Positions 39,155-49,120 of a stretch of 54,733 bases of DNA are shown here, piece by piece. The notes beneath the pieces were generated by a model that was not told the origin of the DNA, ran no database searches, and saw nothing but the letters and a program-made list of their open reading frames with translations. Origin of the DNA: Octopus bimaculoides (taxonomy: Eukaryota); the NCBI RefSeq assembly GCF_001194135.2, contig NC_068984.1, forward strand, positions 33,354,189 through 33,408,921, given 5' to 3'. The position numbers and the translations under genes were made by a program. How positions within the stretch are numbered: position 1 is the first letter of the stretch; each line of letters opens with the position of its first letter.

Positions 39155-39541
39155 CAGTAGTTGACTTCTGATATTTCCAAGTGCACCAATTACTATTGGA
39201 ATCACGCCTACTCTCGTCACTGAACACAACATTCGTATTCCACCGGGGTGCTCCGGTAGAATCTCTCCATGACCATCATGTTTACATGTTTACTCCACTT
39301 ATGTCTTGTAGCATGACTAGCAGTTGCTGGATTACGACCAAGCCCACTCTGCTGCAAAGTGGGGTACTTTCTGGGTGCGGAACCTTCACCACTGGTTCCA
39401 TTCCCGTTCACACCGTTGTTGTCATCTATTTTGCTTGGCATTTTCACTCATAAATGTGGTGTGATATTAGGTTACGACCAACCGATATTTTTATCGAGAC
39501 ACCATCGCTATGAAGGTAGTCCGCCAAGGTTGCAGGGACCT
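39155..39541 (-). mobile_element. Internally deleted Dong/R4-type copy: 5' UTR plus ORF start fused to RLE C-terminus
   Basis: ORF 39217-39447 gives MPSK...RHKWSKHVNMMVMERFYRSTPV (N-terminal motif, compare element at ~3330-3420). Immediately after ~39240 another frame reads IRMLCSVTRVGVIPIVIGALGNI. Confidence 0.75.
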
Positions 39542-40112
39542 TATCATCATATCATCATCATCATCATTATTATTAATTAAGACGTCGCACAGTATCCAAT
39601 ATGGTGATGTTGTTGATTGAAGATATTATGTCTTCCAGGGGTTTGTACTGTCTGCCAAGTCACGACAAGGATCTCAGACCGACAGCACTTTACGCAATAT
39701 ATGTGCATCTCCAAGTAATTCCGAGTTTTGCAATACACCTAAATTGTAGGGTATTTCTAAAGTATCCAACTGTTTTTTCTGATGGTATTGGGTGGTATTG
39801 AACCCAATACTCCGATGGCAATAGGGACAAACTTTATGTTGGAATCTCGTAGGTGCCACATCTTGGCGATCTCAATCCTCAGGTCTCCATACTTATCAGT
39901 CTCTTATCATCCTTTCATGATATGTTGATTTCCTGGTACTTCCACGTCGATCATTAGGCACTCTTCTTTGTCACTCCTAAAGATTACTATATCCGGCCTT
40001 CTGAGCTCTAGCACCTAGTCTGTCTAGAACTCAAAGTCCCAGACGATTTTTTCCTTCCCCTTTTCGTCCATTACCTCTTCCGGTGCATGCTGGTACCAAG
40101 CACCGTTACTTC
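39542..40112 (-). mobile_element. 5'-truncated Dong/R4-type element (RLE, 3' UTR, (TAA)/(TGA)n tail)
   Basis: Minus translation: AWYQHAPEEV..KIVWDFEF*TD*VLELRRPDIVI..CLMIDVEVP..KYGDLRIEIAKMW..FVPIAIGVLG..LQNSELLGDAHILRKVLSV*; tail at ~39542-39577. Confidence 0.9.
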
Positions 40113-40117
40113 GCATC

Positions 40118-41182
40118 CATTATAATTATTACCTCCGCCTTCGCTAAGGCGGAAGTATTGCTTTCAGTCAAGTTTGTGAGTTTGTCCGTGGACAAGATAT
40201 CTCAAAAACCGCTGGATGGATTCGAATGAACCTTTTAGAGATGTTTGACCTTGTGACTGGCACGAGCTGATTAGATTTTGGGATCGATCCGATAATGGAC
40301 AAGGACTCTAGATTATTTGTTATATTTACTTTACATGAAGTATTACGATCTTTTGTTCACTTTCAAGTCATCCTCTGATTATATCCCTTGCAAGCACGCT
40401 TATGGTTTTAGCGTAAGTTATGGCAGCATTGCTGTTTCGAAAATTTTATTTTCGTTTCTCTATTATTGATTTTACTTGCGTCTCTATCTTAGTATAAACT
40501 AATGGATAAAGAAATGAAACTACATGAACAAACGGCAGCAAAACCGTTCAGAAATTAAATAGCATTAACATATACAGTAACAATAATAAATCTAATTTAT
40601 CCTCGACATTTCTTAGTTTTACCAATTTTGAATACATCGCTCCTTTTAAAAACTTCTTACCTACTTGACAATTGCATTTCTAGCTCTGTTTTTAAGTAAG
40701 TTTTACTTCTTGTTCTCGCATTTTTATGCGCAACTATGTCGTTAAACCTCTGTTACTAGCACCGTATGCAGGTCTTTTCCGTTTTCTTTCACGCACGGAT
40801 ATTTTTTTCACTATAGACATTAATGGTCATAAAGGAACTATATCAGTGGATAGACAAGAAAAATGCCTTCATAGAGAGAATTGTCCCTGTTCCCACTACA
40901 GACGACACAAAGCATTACAAACATGGCCTACACACCCACCTTTACACTCCATGACTACCATTGGGATCGATCAGGTACCGGACAAGAATTCCGGATTATT
41001 TTCCGTTTCTTTTTTTTTTTTACTTAAATTTATGAGCGATCGGGTTCATTTTCAGTATTATTGTTTATGAGAGCAGTCCATTTATTTCAGATATTCTCAT
41101 TTTAAAAATCATCTCCGGCTAATCGTTGCAAGGACATTGGTGTTGCCTTGGCGGAGTTTCGCGCTCTCTGAATGCACATGTA
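40118..41182 (+). mobile_element. Non-autonomous Helentron/HINE (DINE-1-like) element
   Basis: 5' TTATTACCTCCGCCTT-CGCT-AAGGCGG hairpin, GTTTGT-type repeats, GGATCGATC motif duplicated at ~40281 and ~40963, 3' subterminal GCCTTGGCGGAG (inverted to the 5' end) and terminal GCGCTCTCTGAATGC; no coding capacity. Confidence 0.65.
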
Positions 41183-41186
<4 letters not shown>

Positions 41187-41226
<40 letters not shown>

Positions 41227-41236
41227 NNNNNNNNNN

Positions 41237-41281
<45 letters not shown>

Positions 41282-42360
41282 ATTATGCTAGTGCATTCTA
41301 ATTTAATTAGAAGGTATTTTATTTTTGAAATGTAGTGACAAGTCACCTCAAATTTCCAGTATGTTCCTTTGGATTCTTGCAGAATATTGTATTGTACTTT
41401 TTCTGCAGGTTGACACTGCGTGTTTCACTTCTAATTTCTTTCAGTCTTTCAGGTGCCATTTTGAGTGTTTATGCAAGTGCACCAATTACTACAAGAATAA
41501 TTGTTGCCTCGGTCTCCCAGTCTCCTGAGCTCTCTGGCATTTCTCATTTTTTTCCCGTTGCTTTGGTATCCACTCTGTCAAATGGAAAAATGTATGATCT
41601 TCCACCGTGTGTTTATTTTAGTCCTCTTTAATCATGCCGGGTCTTCTTGCATCAATAATAAGGTCATTCTATACGGCGAAGTCTCAAAAGAACTTCTATT
41701 GTTCATTGTGCTGCTACTAAAAAACTTTCTGTTTCCCTTTTCAGTCTTCTTTTCTGCAACCATAACCATGACTCACTATTAATATTTCCTGCAAATGTCT
41801 TTGGGGATCTACCATGCATTCTCTTAGCAGTCAGATAAGATTTTTTCACTGTTTAAAAACGTCATTTGGCTTTTTTTTTTTTCCTTGATGTCTTAAAGTC
41901 CTTTTGTACTTCTAGCAGCTCTTCATTATAACATTTATAAGAGGTTACATCAACTCTAGATGACTTCACGTAGTCTTCTACTGATATTAATCCTCTTCCA
42001 CTTTCCTCTCTATGTAAGTATAATCTTGCTACTCCTGCTCTTGGGTGAAATCCTCCATTCATATTGGATTTGTTCTGAGTTCTTCTGTCTAGAATTGCTA
42101 ATTCATATTTTCCCAATGTACAAAAGCTGTTGATATCTAAGCATCATTATCGATGTTGCCCAATAATTTACAGCCTTCACTAGATTCGGACCATTTAGCT
42201 TTGACTTCATGAGCTTCCTCGCCCTTTTGATGTCCTTCTTCTCAAATTTCGTTTTTATTTCTATAGTTAGTACTCTGTCAGATTCTAATACTCCTAGATA
42301 CTTATAACCCTCTTCTTTTTTCAGTGATTTTAATGTTTGCCCTTTTGGTAATTCTTCATT
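41187..42360 (-). mobile_element. Dong/R4-type fragment (RT7-thumb, deletion, RLE end, (TAG)n tail)
   Basis: Minus translation: ELPKGQTLKSLKKEEGYKYLGVLESD..KLMKSKLNGPNLVKAVN, LDRRT..GGFHPRAGVARLYLHREESGRGLISVED, WLQKRRLKRETESFLVAAQ*, ATIILVVIGALA..VNLQK; (CTA)n on plus at 41187-41281. Confidence 0.9.
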
Positions 42361-43400
42361 GGTCGAAGTAAACGGCCACCTATCAGAGCCGTTTGGCATT
42401 GCATGCTCGGTCCGTCTGGGCTGCCCGCATTGGTACTTGAGCCAGTATTCCAGAAGTTGGAAGAGCTAAGGAGCATCCCTTAGGAACTGGGACAAGGAAG
42501 GGTAGTGCCAGTATGTGTAGACATCACTGTCATGGTGTCGGACACACCGAAGTGGAGCTGTTCGGCACCATCCTAAAAGAGCATGAGTCGGCTGCAGGGG
42601 TTAAAATCAATACCGACAAATCAGTTGGTTTGTGGTTGGGCTTCAGGAGAGGGAAGATGTTGCCATCGGATGGCGTCGTCGGACGCTAGACCGACGGGCC
42701 AGTTACTGTGCTTGGGGTCTGGTTTGGTCCCGATATCCAGGTTGATAAGAACTGGAACGAGGTGGCGAACAGGCTGGCCAATCTTACCCAGAAATTGGCT
42801 GAAAGAAAGTTGTCCCCAAAATGACTGGTGGTGTGGGCAAATGCTCACATCGCCTCCGTTATCATTTATCACCTGACCATCGAGCCTTGTCTCGGTTACT
42901 GCTTGACCAGGTTGGAGCATCATTTATTTAAATTCTTGTGGAAGGGATGCGTTCCAATCGTCAGGCGATAAGTCTGTTGCCAGCGTCCTATGAGTGGCGT
43001 ATTAGGTATGCCGTGGCTCCTAATGCGCAGACACGCTCTTAGGTTACGCTACCTGCAACAATTTCTGGAAGGTGAACTTGTGTGGGATCCTATTGTGAGA
43101 CTCGTCTTTCTGCAGCTCATCTTCTTGACAGAGTTGCAGTCCTGGGTGAAGAGAAGACTGAAACTGCGCGACTGACACCTAGAATGTCGTCAGGCGTTCA
43201 CAACCCTCTACAAGCCGGCCAATGGAATCGATGGATGTTCCGCTTTAGAAATTTATAGAGGATTAGTGGCGGTAACGTGCAACGACGTGCTTGGAGAGAC
43301 TCTGGGCGCCGATAAGAACGAATCGGGTAATCTGTTCCGGAGGACTTTCCGGTCGGGATCTATCATGGATAATTTGCAGATGTCCTTGCTGGTAGTTCCA
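42360..43400 (+). mobile_element. Tx1/L1-clade LINE RT fragment
   Basis: Plus translation with frameshifts: VEVNGHLSEPFGIACSVRLGCP, DITVMVSD, GVKINTDKSVGLWLG, VLGVWFG, ERKLSPK*LVVWANAHIASVIIYHLT, FKFLWKG, GVLGMPWL. Confidence 0.85.
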
Positions 43401-43407
43401 CCGGGTG

Positions 43408-43889
43408 CAAAAGCTGTTGATATCTAAGCATCATTATCGATATTGCCCAAGAATTTACAGCCTTCACTAGATTCGGACCATTTAGCTTTGACTTCATGAG
43501 CTTCCTCACCCTTTTGATATTCTTCTTCTCAAATTTCGTTTTTATTTCTATAGTTAGTACTCTGTCAGATTCTAATACTCCTAGATACTTATAACCCTCT
43601 TCTTTTTTCAGTGATTTTAATGTTTGGCCCTTTGGTAATTGTTCAGTGGTCGAAGTAAACAGCCACCTATCGGAGCCATTTGGCATTACATGCACGGTCC
43701 GTCTGGGCTGCCCGCATTGGTACTTGAGCCAGTGTTCCAGAAATTGGAAGAGCTAAGGAGCATCCATTAGGATCTGGGACAAAGAAGGACAGTGCCAGTA
43801 TGTGCAGAAAACGTCACTGTCATGGTGTCGGACACACCGACGTGGAGCTGTTCGGCACCATCCTAAAATAATATAAGTCGGCTGCAGGG
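43408..43889 (+). repeat. Direct duplicate (~94% identical by eye) of 42121-42599, spanning the Dong/Tx1 junction
   Basis: Both copies start CAAAAGCTGTTGATATCTAAGC and end GTCGGCTGCAGGG, and share the same chimeric junction and the same deletion after GCP. Confidence 0.95.
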
Positions 43890-43891
43890 AG

Positions 43892-44675
43892 GTATACCAA
43901 AAATAATGACGAGAAGCAAAAGACGGGCTATCAATACTCATATAATAAGATATATTCCGTTGTGAATATATTATGTGCACAAAATCGCACAATAAAAATA
44001 TATAGATATATAAATACATTAAAACTACATAAAAAATACATTGATACAAATATACTGAAAATGTAGAAAGATTAATATTTCAATTAAATCTTGTAAAAGC
44101 TTGGATTATATTTTCTTCTCTAATACTTCACCTCTAATATTATTAATAGCATCATCTCAATATGACTGTATCAGAAAAAATATGTAACGCACACGTCCAT
44201 TAATGTTTAGTGTAGCTCTATAAAAAGTCTATCAATTAGGAATTCCACCACATTCGCATAACATATGTAAACCTATCAGTTGCTAACTTCCCTGAAGAAG
44301 CAGACGGTGATTTAAATTGATGGACTTCGGGATCTATTATATCTTTGGACGAATCCGCCCCCCAGAAACGGATTTCAGACCTCAAAGATTTATAACAATG
44401 CATGTCCATTTATAACATTCTACTCTGATTTTATACTCCAGCAATTCTATTTATATATTTTTACTATCGTTTTTATAGTATGCAGGACTACATATTTGTA
44501 TAAACTTATATTTTAGTGTATTTTATTGATGTAATAATATATTGTTAATGTACTTTTGATTTATTTATATTTCTATATAATTTGTTGTACGATTTTGTGC
44601 ACATAATATTTTTGTAACAGAATATATTTTATATGCGTATTTGTAACCAGTCTGCTTTTCATCTTGAATTTTTCC

Positions 44676-44680
<5 letters not shown>
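43892..44680. mobile_element. Inverted-repeat element (~140-bp imperfect arms, ~520-bp interior)
   Basis: 43892-44030 is roughly 75% identical by eye to the reverse complement of 44548-44680 (shared core ATATTATGTGCACAAAATCG.ACAA). Confidence 0.7.
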
Positions 44681-44709
<29 letters not shown>

Positions 44710-44790
44710 CATGTATATACATACATGCACACACTTAGACACATATGGACTTTATATATATACATACATATGTATATATATATATAAAAT

Positions 44791-44831
<41 letters not shown>

Positions 44832-45494
44832 NNNNNNNNNNNNNNNNNNNNNNNNNNNNNNNNNNNNNNNNNNNNNNNNNNNNNNNNNNNNNNNNNNNNN
44901 NNNNNNNNNNNNNNNNNNNNNNNNNNNNNNNNNNNNNNNNNNNNNNNNNNNNNNNNNNNNNNNNNNNNNNNNNNNNNNNNNNNNNNNNNNNNNNNNNNNN
45001 NNNNNNNNNNNNNNNNNNNNNNNNNNNNNNNNNNNNNNNNNNNNNNNNNNNNNNNNNNNNNNNNNNNNNNNNNNNNNNNNNNNNNNNNNNNNNNNNNNNN
45101 NNNNNNNNNNNNNNNNNNNNNNNNNNNNNNNNNNNNNNNNNNNNNNNNNNNNNNNNNNNNNNNNNNNNNNNNNNNNNNNNNNNNNNNNNNNNNNNNNNNN
45201 NNNNNNNNNNNNNNNNNNNNNNNNNNNNNNNNNNNNNNNNNNNNNNNNNNNNNNNNNNNNNNNNNNNNNTATATATACCTATTAGGTGGCTAGCATGGGA
45301 ATAAAAACCTCAAAGGTAATAATTATTATTAAAATTATAATCAAGGGTATCTACGAGATACCACCACGCTATATATAGCAGCCAAAATGTGACTCTAAAA
45401 TCACATTAAATGTTAATACAGCACCAGGGGAGAAGACAAAGAGACAAAATAAACAAGCAAAACAAAATTACTGTATAGTTCCAGATCCCGAACT

Positions 45495-45839
45495 TCTGGC
45501 TCCGCATAAGAAACGCTTTGCCCTCATCAGTGGAATGTACGCAGATAGCACATAAGTACATACATAGATACATACATACATACATACATATATATTTCTT
45601 TTAAAATGCAGAGATGCCTATAATAGGACATCTACTCGCTAGAAATAGCAGCAAAAGACTACATACCACATGTAGTCTTTTGCTGCTATTTCTAGCGAGT
45701 AGATGTCCTATTATAGGCATCTCTGCATTTTAAAAGAAATATATATGTATGTATGTATGTATGTATCTATGTATGTACTTATGTGCTATCTGCGTACATT
45801 CCACTGATGAGGGCAAAGCGTTTCTTATGCGGAGCCAGA
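45495..45839. repeat. Perfect palindrome: 170-bp arms with 5-nt spacer, ending at an N gap
   Basis: 45495-45664 is the exact reverse complement of 45670-45839, spacer ACCAC; the gap starts at 45840. Confidence 0.97.
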
Positions 45840-46313
45840 NNNNNNNNNNNNNNNNNNNNNNNNNNNNNNNNNNNNNNNNNNNNNNNNNNNNNNNNNNNNN
45901 NNNNNNNNNNNNNNNNNNNNNNNNNNNNNNNNNNNNNNNNNNNNNNNNNNNNNNNNNNNNNNNNNNNNNNNNNNNNNNNNNNNNNNNNNNNNNNNNNNNN
46001 NNNNNNNNNNNNNNNNNNNNNNNNNNNNNNNNNNNNNNNNNNNNNNNNNNNNNNNNNNNNNNNNNNNNNNNNNNNNNNNNNNNNNNNNNNNNNNNNNNNN
46101 NNNNNNNNNNNNNNNNNNNNNNNNNNNNNNNNNNNNNNNNNNNNNNNNNNNNNNNNNNNNNNNNNNNNNNNNNNNNNNNNNNNNNNNNNNNNNNNNNNNN
46201 NNNNNNNNNNNNNNNNNNNNNNNNNNNNNNNNNNNNNNNNNNNNNNNNNNNNNNNNNNNNNNNNNNNNNNNNNNNNNNNNNNNNNNNNNNNNNNNNNNNN
46301 NNNNNNNNNNNNN

Positions 46314-46376
<63 letters not shown>

Positions 46377-47768
46377 GGGGGACGTCTGTCTCCCAAACTC
46401 CAAAGCTGAGTAACGATTTAATTATTGGATTTGTAAACTACGATAAGAATAACACTGGTAAACAAAGAATTTGTCCCAAGGAAAAGAATACCTGTATCTT
46501 ATATGTTTTTGCACATAGAATTAAAAAATAATGTCAAGTTATCTGTATCATCCACGCTTTCTTTGTCCCATGTTATCCCTCTCAGTTCCTGTTACGTGGG
46601 CTAAATTTTAGTTAAGCTGTTGAAATGTGAAGCTAACAGCTTAAGAAATACTCCTAATTAATTTTTTTATGAATAGAATTAACCTAGCGAAATCATAAAT
46701 CTAGCTATCTGAATGAATGAGTCCTAAAAATATATGAAATGAAAAATATGTTAAAATACTAACGCACAGAAAAAGCGCAGAAAAATATGTAATATACTAA
46801 TACTCAGAAAAATTAAAACAAATCACGCGGTTCAAATAAACATAGACAACAGCGGCACAGACAACAGTGAACCACAAAACAGCGTGCGGTTGTCAAGGAA
46901 ACAAGCTGCTTATGTTACGCTGTCTGTTGATTGGCTAAAATTATCCAGATTTCCCAATTTTAATCCCAAATAACAACAGGTTCTTTAATTTACAAGATAA
47001 AGTAATTGGTTGATCGTACTCAAAATTCAGAGTTGCATTGATAAGCCGAAATTGAAAGCAATGTGAGCAAAATTAACTTGGGGCTCATTTTGCGAATGAG
47101 AAAAACTAGATTCCGACAATTTCCATACTCATTATCATTGGGGTGGTGATGGCTATCTGCAAGTGCGAACCCCGTAATTCATAGTGACTGTTCCAGCGAA
47201 TCACCCGCGTCTTCCACCGAGGCAACACCTTTCCACTTTTATTACTGAAACGATGTGGCTGTCTGGATTACAAAAATCATGAGATTATAAGAATTTCGTA
47301 GCGTTATGTCAGATTTTCGTAGCTTAATTCACTTCAAACATGGTAGCAAATTAAAAGCTACCACCACCACCACAGCATGCATATAAACAGTAACACACAA
47401 CCATATGCGTTGCTTATCTGACTACTTGTCGACCCTGCTGACTATACGCTTCGCCGTTACCAGCCTGACTTCCTGTTCTGTCACTGGTGCTTATAATACG
47501 TCAGAAAATTTGTTTTTTGGTTTATATTGAGTACTCTTTCTTCCTTTCTTCTCTCAGTTGGGACTCTTGTAGCATAGGAGAATCAGGGATTAAGCCTCAA
47601 ATAAGATCATCTATCTCCTATAACCGCAGCGCAGAAACAATATCGAAAAGTTGTAACACAAACAGTGTGAGGAGTGAATGGTAGTAGAATGAACTGCGAC
47701 AGTAGCAGCAGCAACAATATAACTGGTATATGTAGCAGTAATAAATACAATACCTCCAATAGTTTAGC

Positions 47769-48114
47769 CAGGGGCTCTCAACCATTTTAATCTTTGGATT
47801 CCTTTGATAACTATTTTATTCTGATGGATCCCCATAGCCATTTGATGTGTATAAACTAGTTTTATATATAATTCTTTCGTAATTCACATTTTGTTTTTCA
47901 CACATTAACTTGTGTAGGTTGAAATATGTATAATGTTCATGAAAGAAACCGAGTTATTTCTTACAATACAATCCAATACATACATCCGAAGCAAAATTTT
48001 TCAGGTCTCTACAAATACTATTGTTGTTGCCCATTTTACTATTTTATTGCGTGGACCCCTGAAAATCTTATATGGATCCTTAGAGGTCATATGGATCCTG
48101 GATGAGAACCACTG
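47769..48114. mobile_element. hAT (Charlie-like) MITE
   Basis: TIRs CAGGGGCTCTCAACC (47769-47783) and GGATGAGAACCACTG (48100-48114) match the CAGTGGTTCTCAACC type; the 8-bp flanks are only partly similar (decayed TSD). Confidence 0.7.
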
Positions 48115-48907
48115 TTTTAATCGAATAACGAAAATCATATTGGCGAAAGATATTTCTTTTTTCGTAATGGATTTCAGTTCCAAGAAAATCTCTTAATCGG
48201 TTATCTTTTTATCTAACTATTATTTCCTCAACTATTTTGATACTAATGCCGTTAAGCAGTTTGTAAGATGAGCTAACGATTCTGTAATCTTGCCGCTTTA
48301 ATAATGATAAAATTAAATATCAAATATTTTAATGTGTAAATGATTCATTAGATCTTAAATATTTGACACGTTTATAATGTAAAGTTTTCTCACGTTAATA
48401 AAAACCGATTTCCACCACTACATTTATATAACCTGTACAAATATATTTGCTTCTTTAATTTTAAATGTGAAAATAAATTTCATTTGAATTCAAACTTTCA
48501 TATTTGTAGAAAGTCAATTAGGAATGACAAAAATTTAGAAATAATTCTTGTTTATGTGCGTACACCCCCCCACACACACACACATACACACACACACACA
48601 CATACACACACACACAGATAGATAGATATGGATATATGTATGTATGTACTTGTAATTAGACGCTTGTAAATGTGTACGTCTTCTGAATTCTGAGGTGTAA
48701 GATAATTTAGGAAGTCTTGAAATGTTTTAATGGAACTGAGACACATATACGCTTAGACAAGGATATCGGCGCCTGCTATTTTCCTAGATAGAAGAAAATG
48801 CTAATGACACGGATATCAGTACACTAGGTGAGCACTGGTATACAACTCAAATACGTTCCACTCCTAGATCGGTCAGTAGGCTATGAAGCGCAATATACAC
48901 GCATAGT

Positions 48908-49120
48908 AAGGCGGCGAGCGGGCAGAAATGTTAGCACGCCAGACGAAATACTTAGCGTTATTTCGTCTGTATTTACGTTCTGAGATCAAATTCCGCCGAG
49001 ATCGACTTTGCCTTTCATCCTTTCAGATTCAATAAATTAAGTACCAGTTGCGTAATGGGGTCGATCTCATACACTGGTCCCCTCCCACCAAATTTCGGCC
49101 TTGTGCCGAGTGTAGAAAAG
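48908..49120 (+). mobile_element. tRNA-derived SINE (first family) with perfect 16-bp target-site duplication
   Basis: Head AAGGCGGCGAGCGGGCAGAAATG, B-box-like TTCTGAGATCAAATTCC, core ATCGACTTTGCCTTTCATCCTTTC; AATATACACGCATAGT at 48892-48907 and 49121-49136. Confidence 0.92.

Larger units (their letters stand above)
5268..46313. other. Assembly gaps (N-runs): 5268-5277, 9787-10063, 10735-11189, 14039-14436, 15584-16463, 17759-17990, 18732-18741, 19459-20437, 23109-23762, 26442-26747, 35728-35995, 41227-41236, 44832-45270, 45840-46313
   Basis: Directly visible; about 5.4 kb in total, mostly bordered by simple repeats. Confidence 0.99.

Noticed and set aside
9600-46531. Long ORFs of 130-440 aa in the track
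   Set aside because: They stay open only because they cross N-runs, and their ends are (TA)n/(CA)n/(GATA)n translations (YIYI, HTHT, LSIY).
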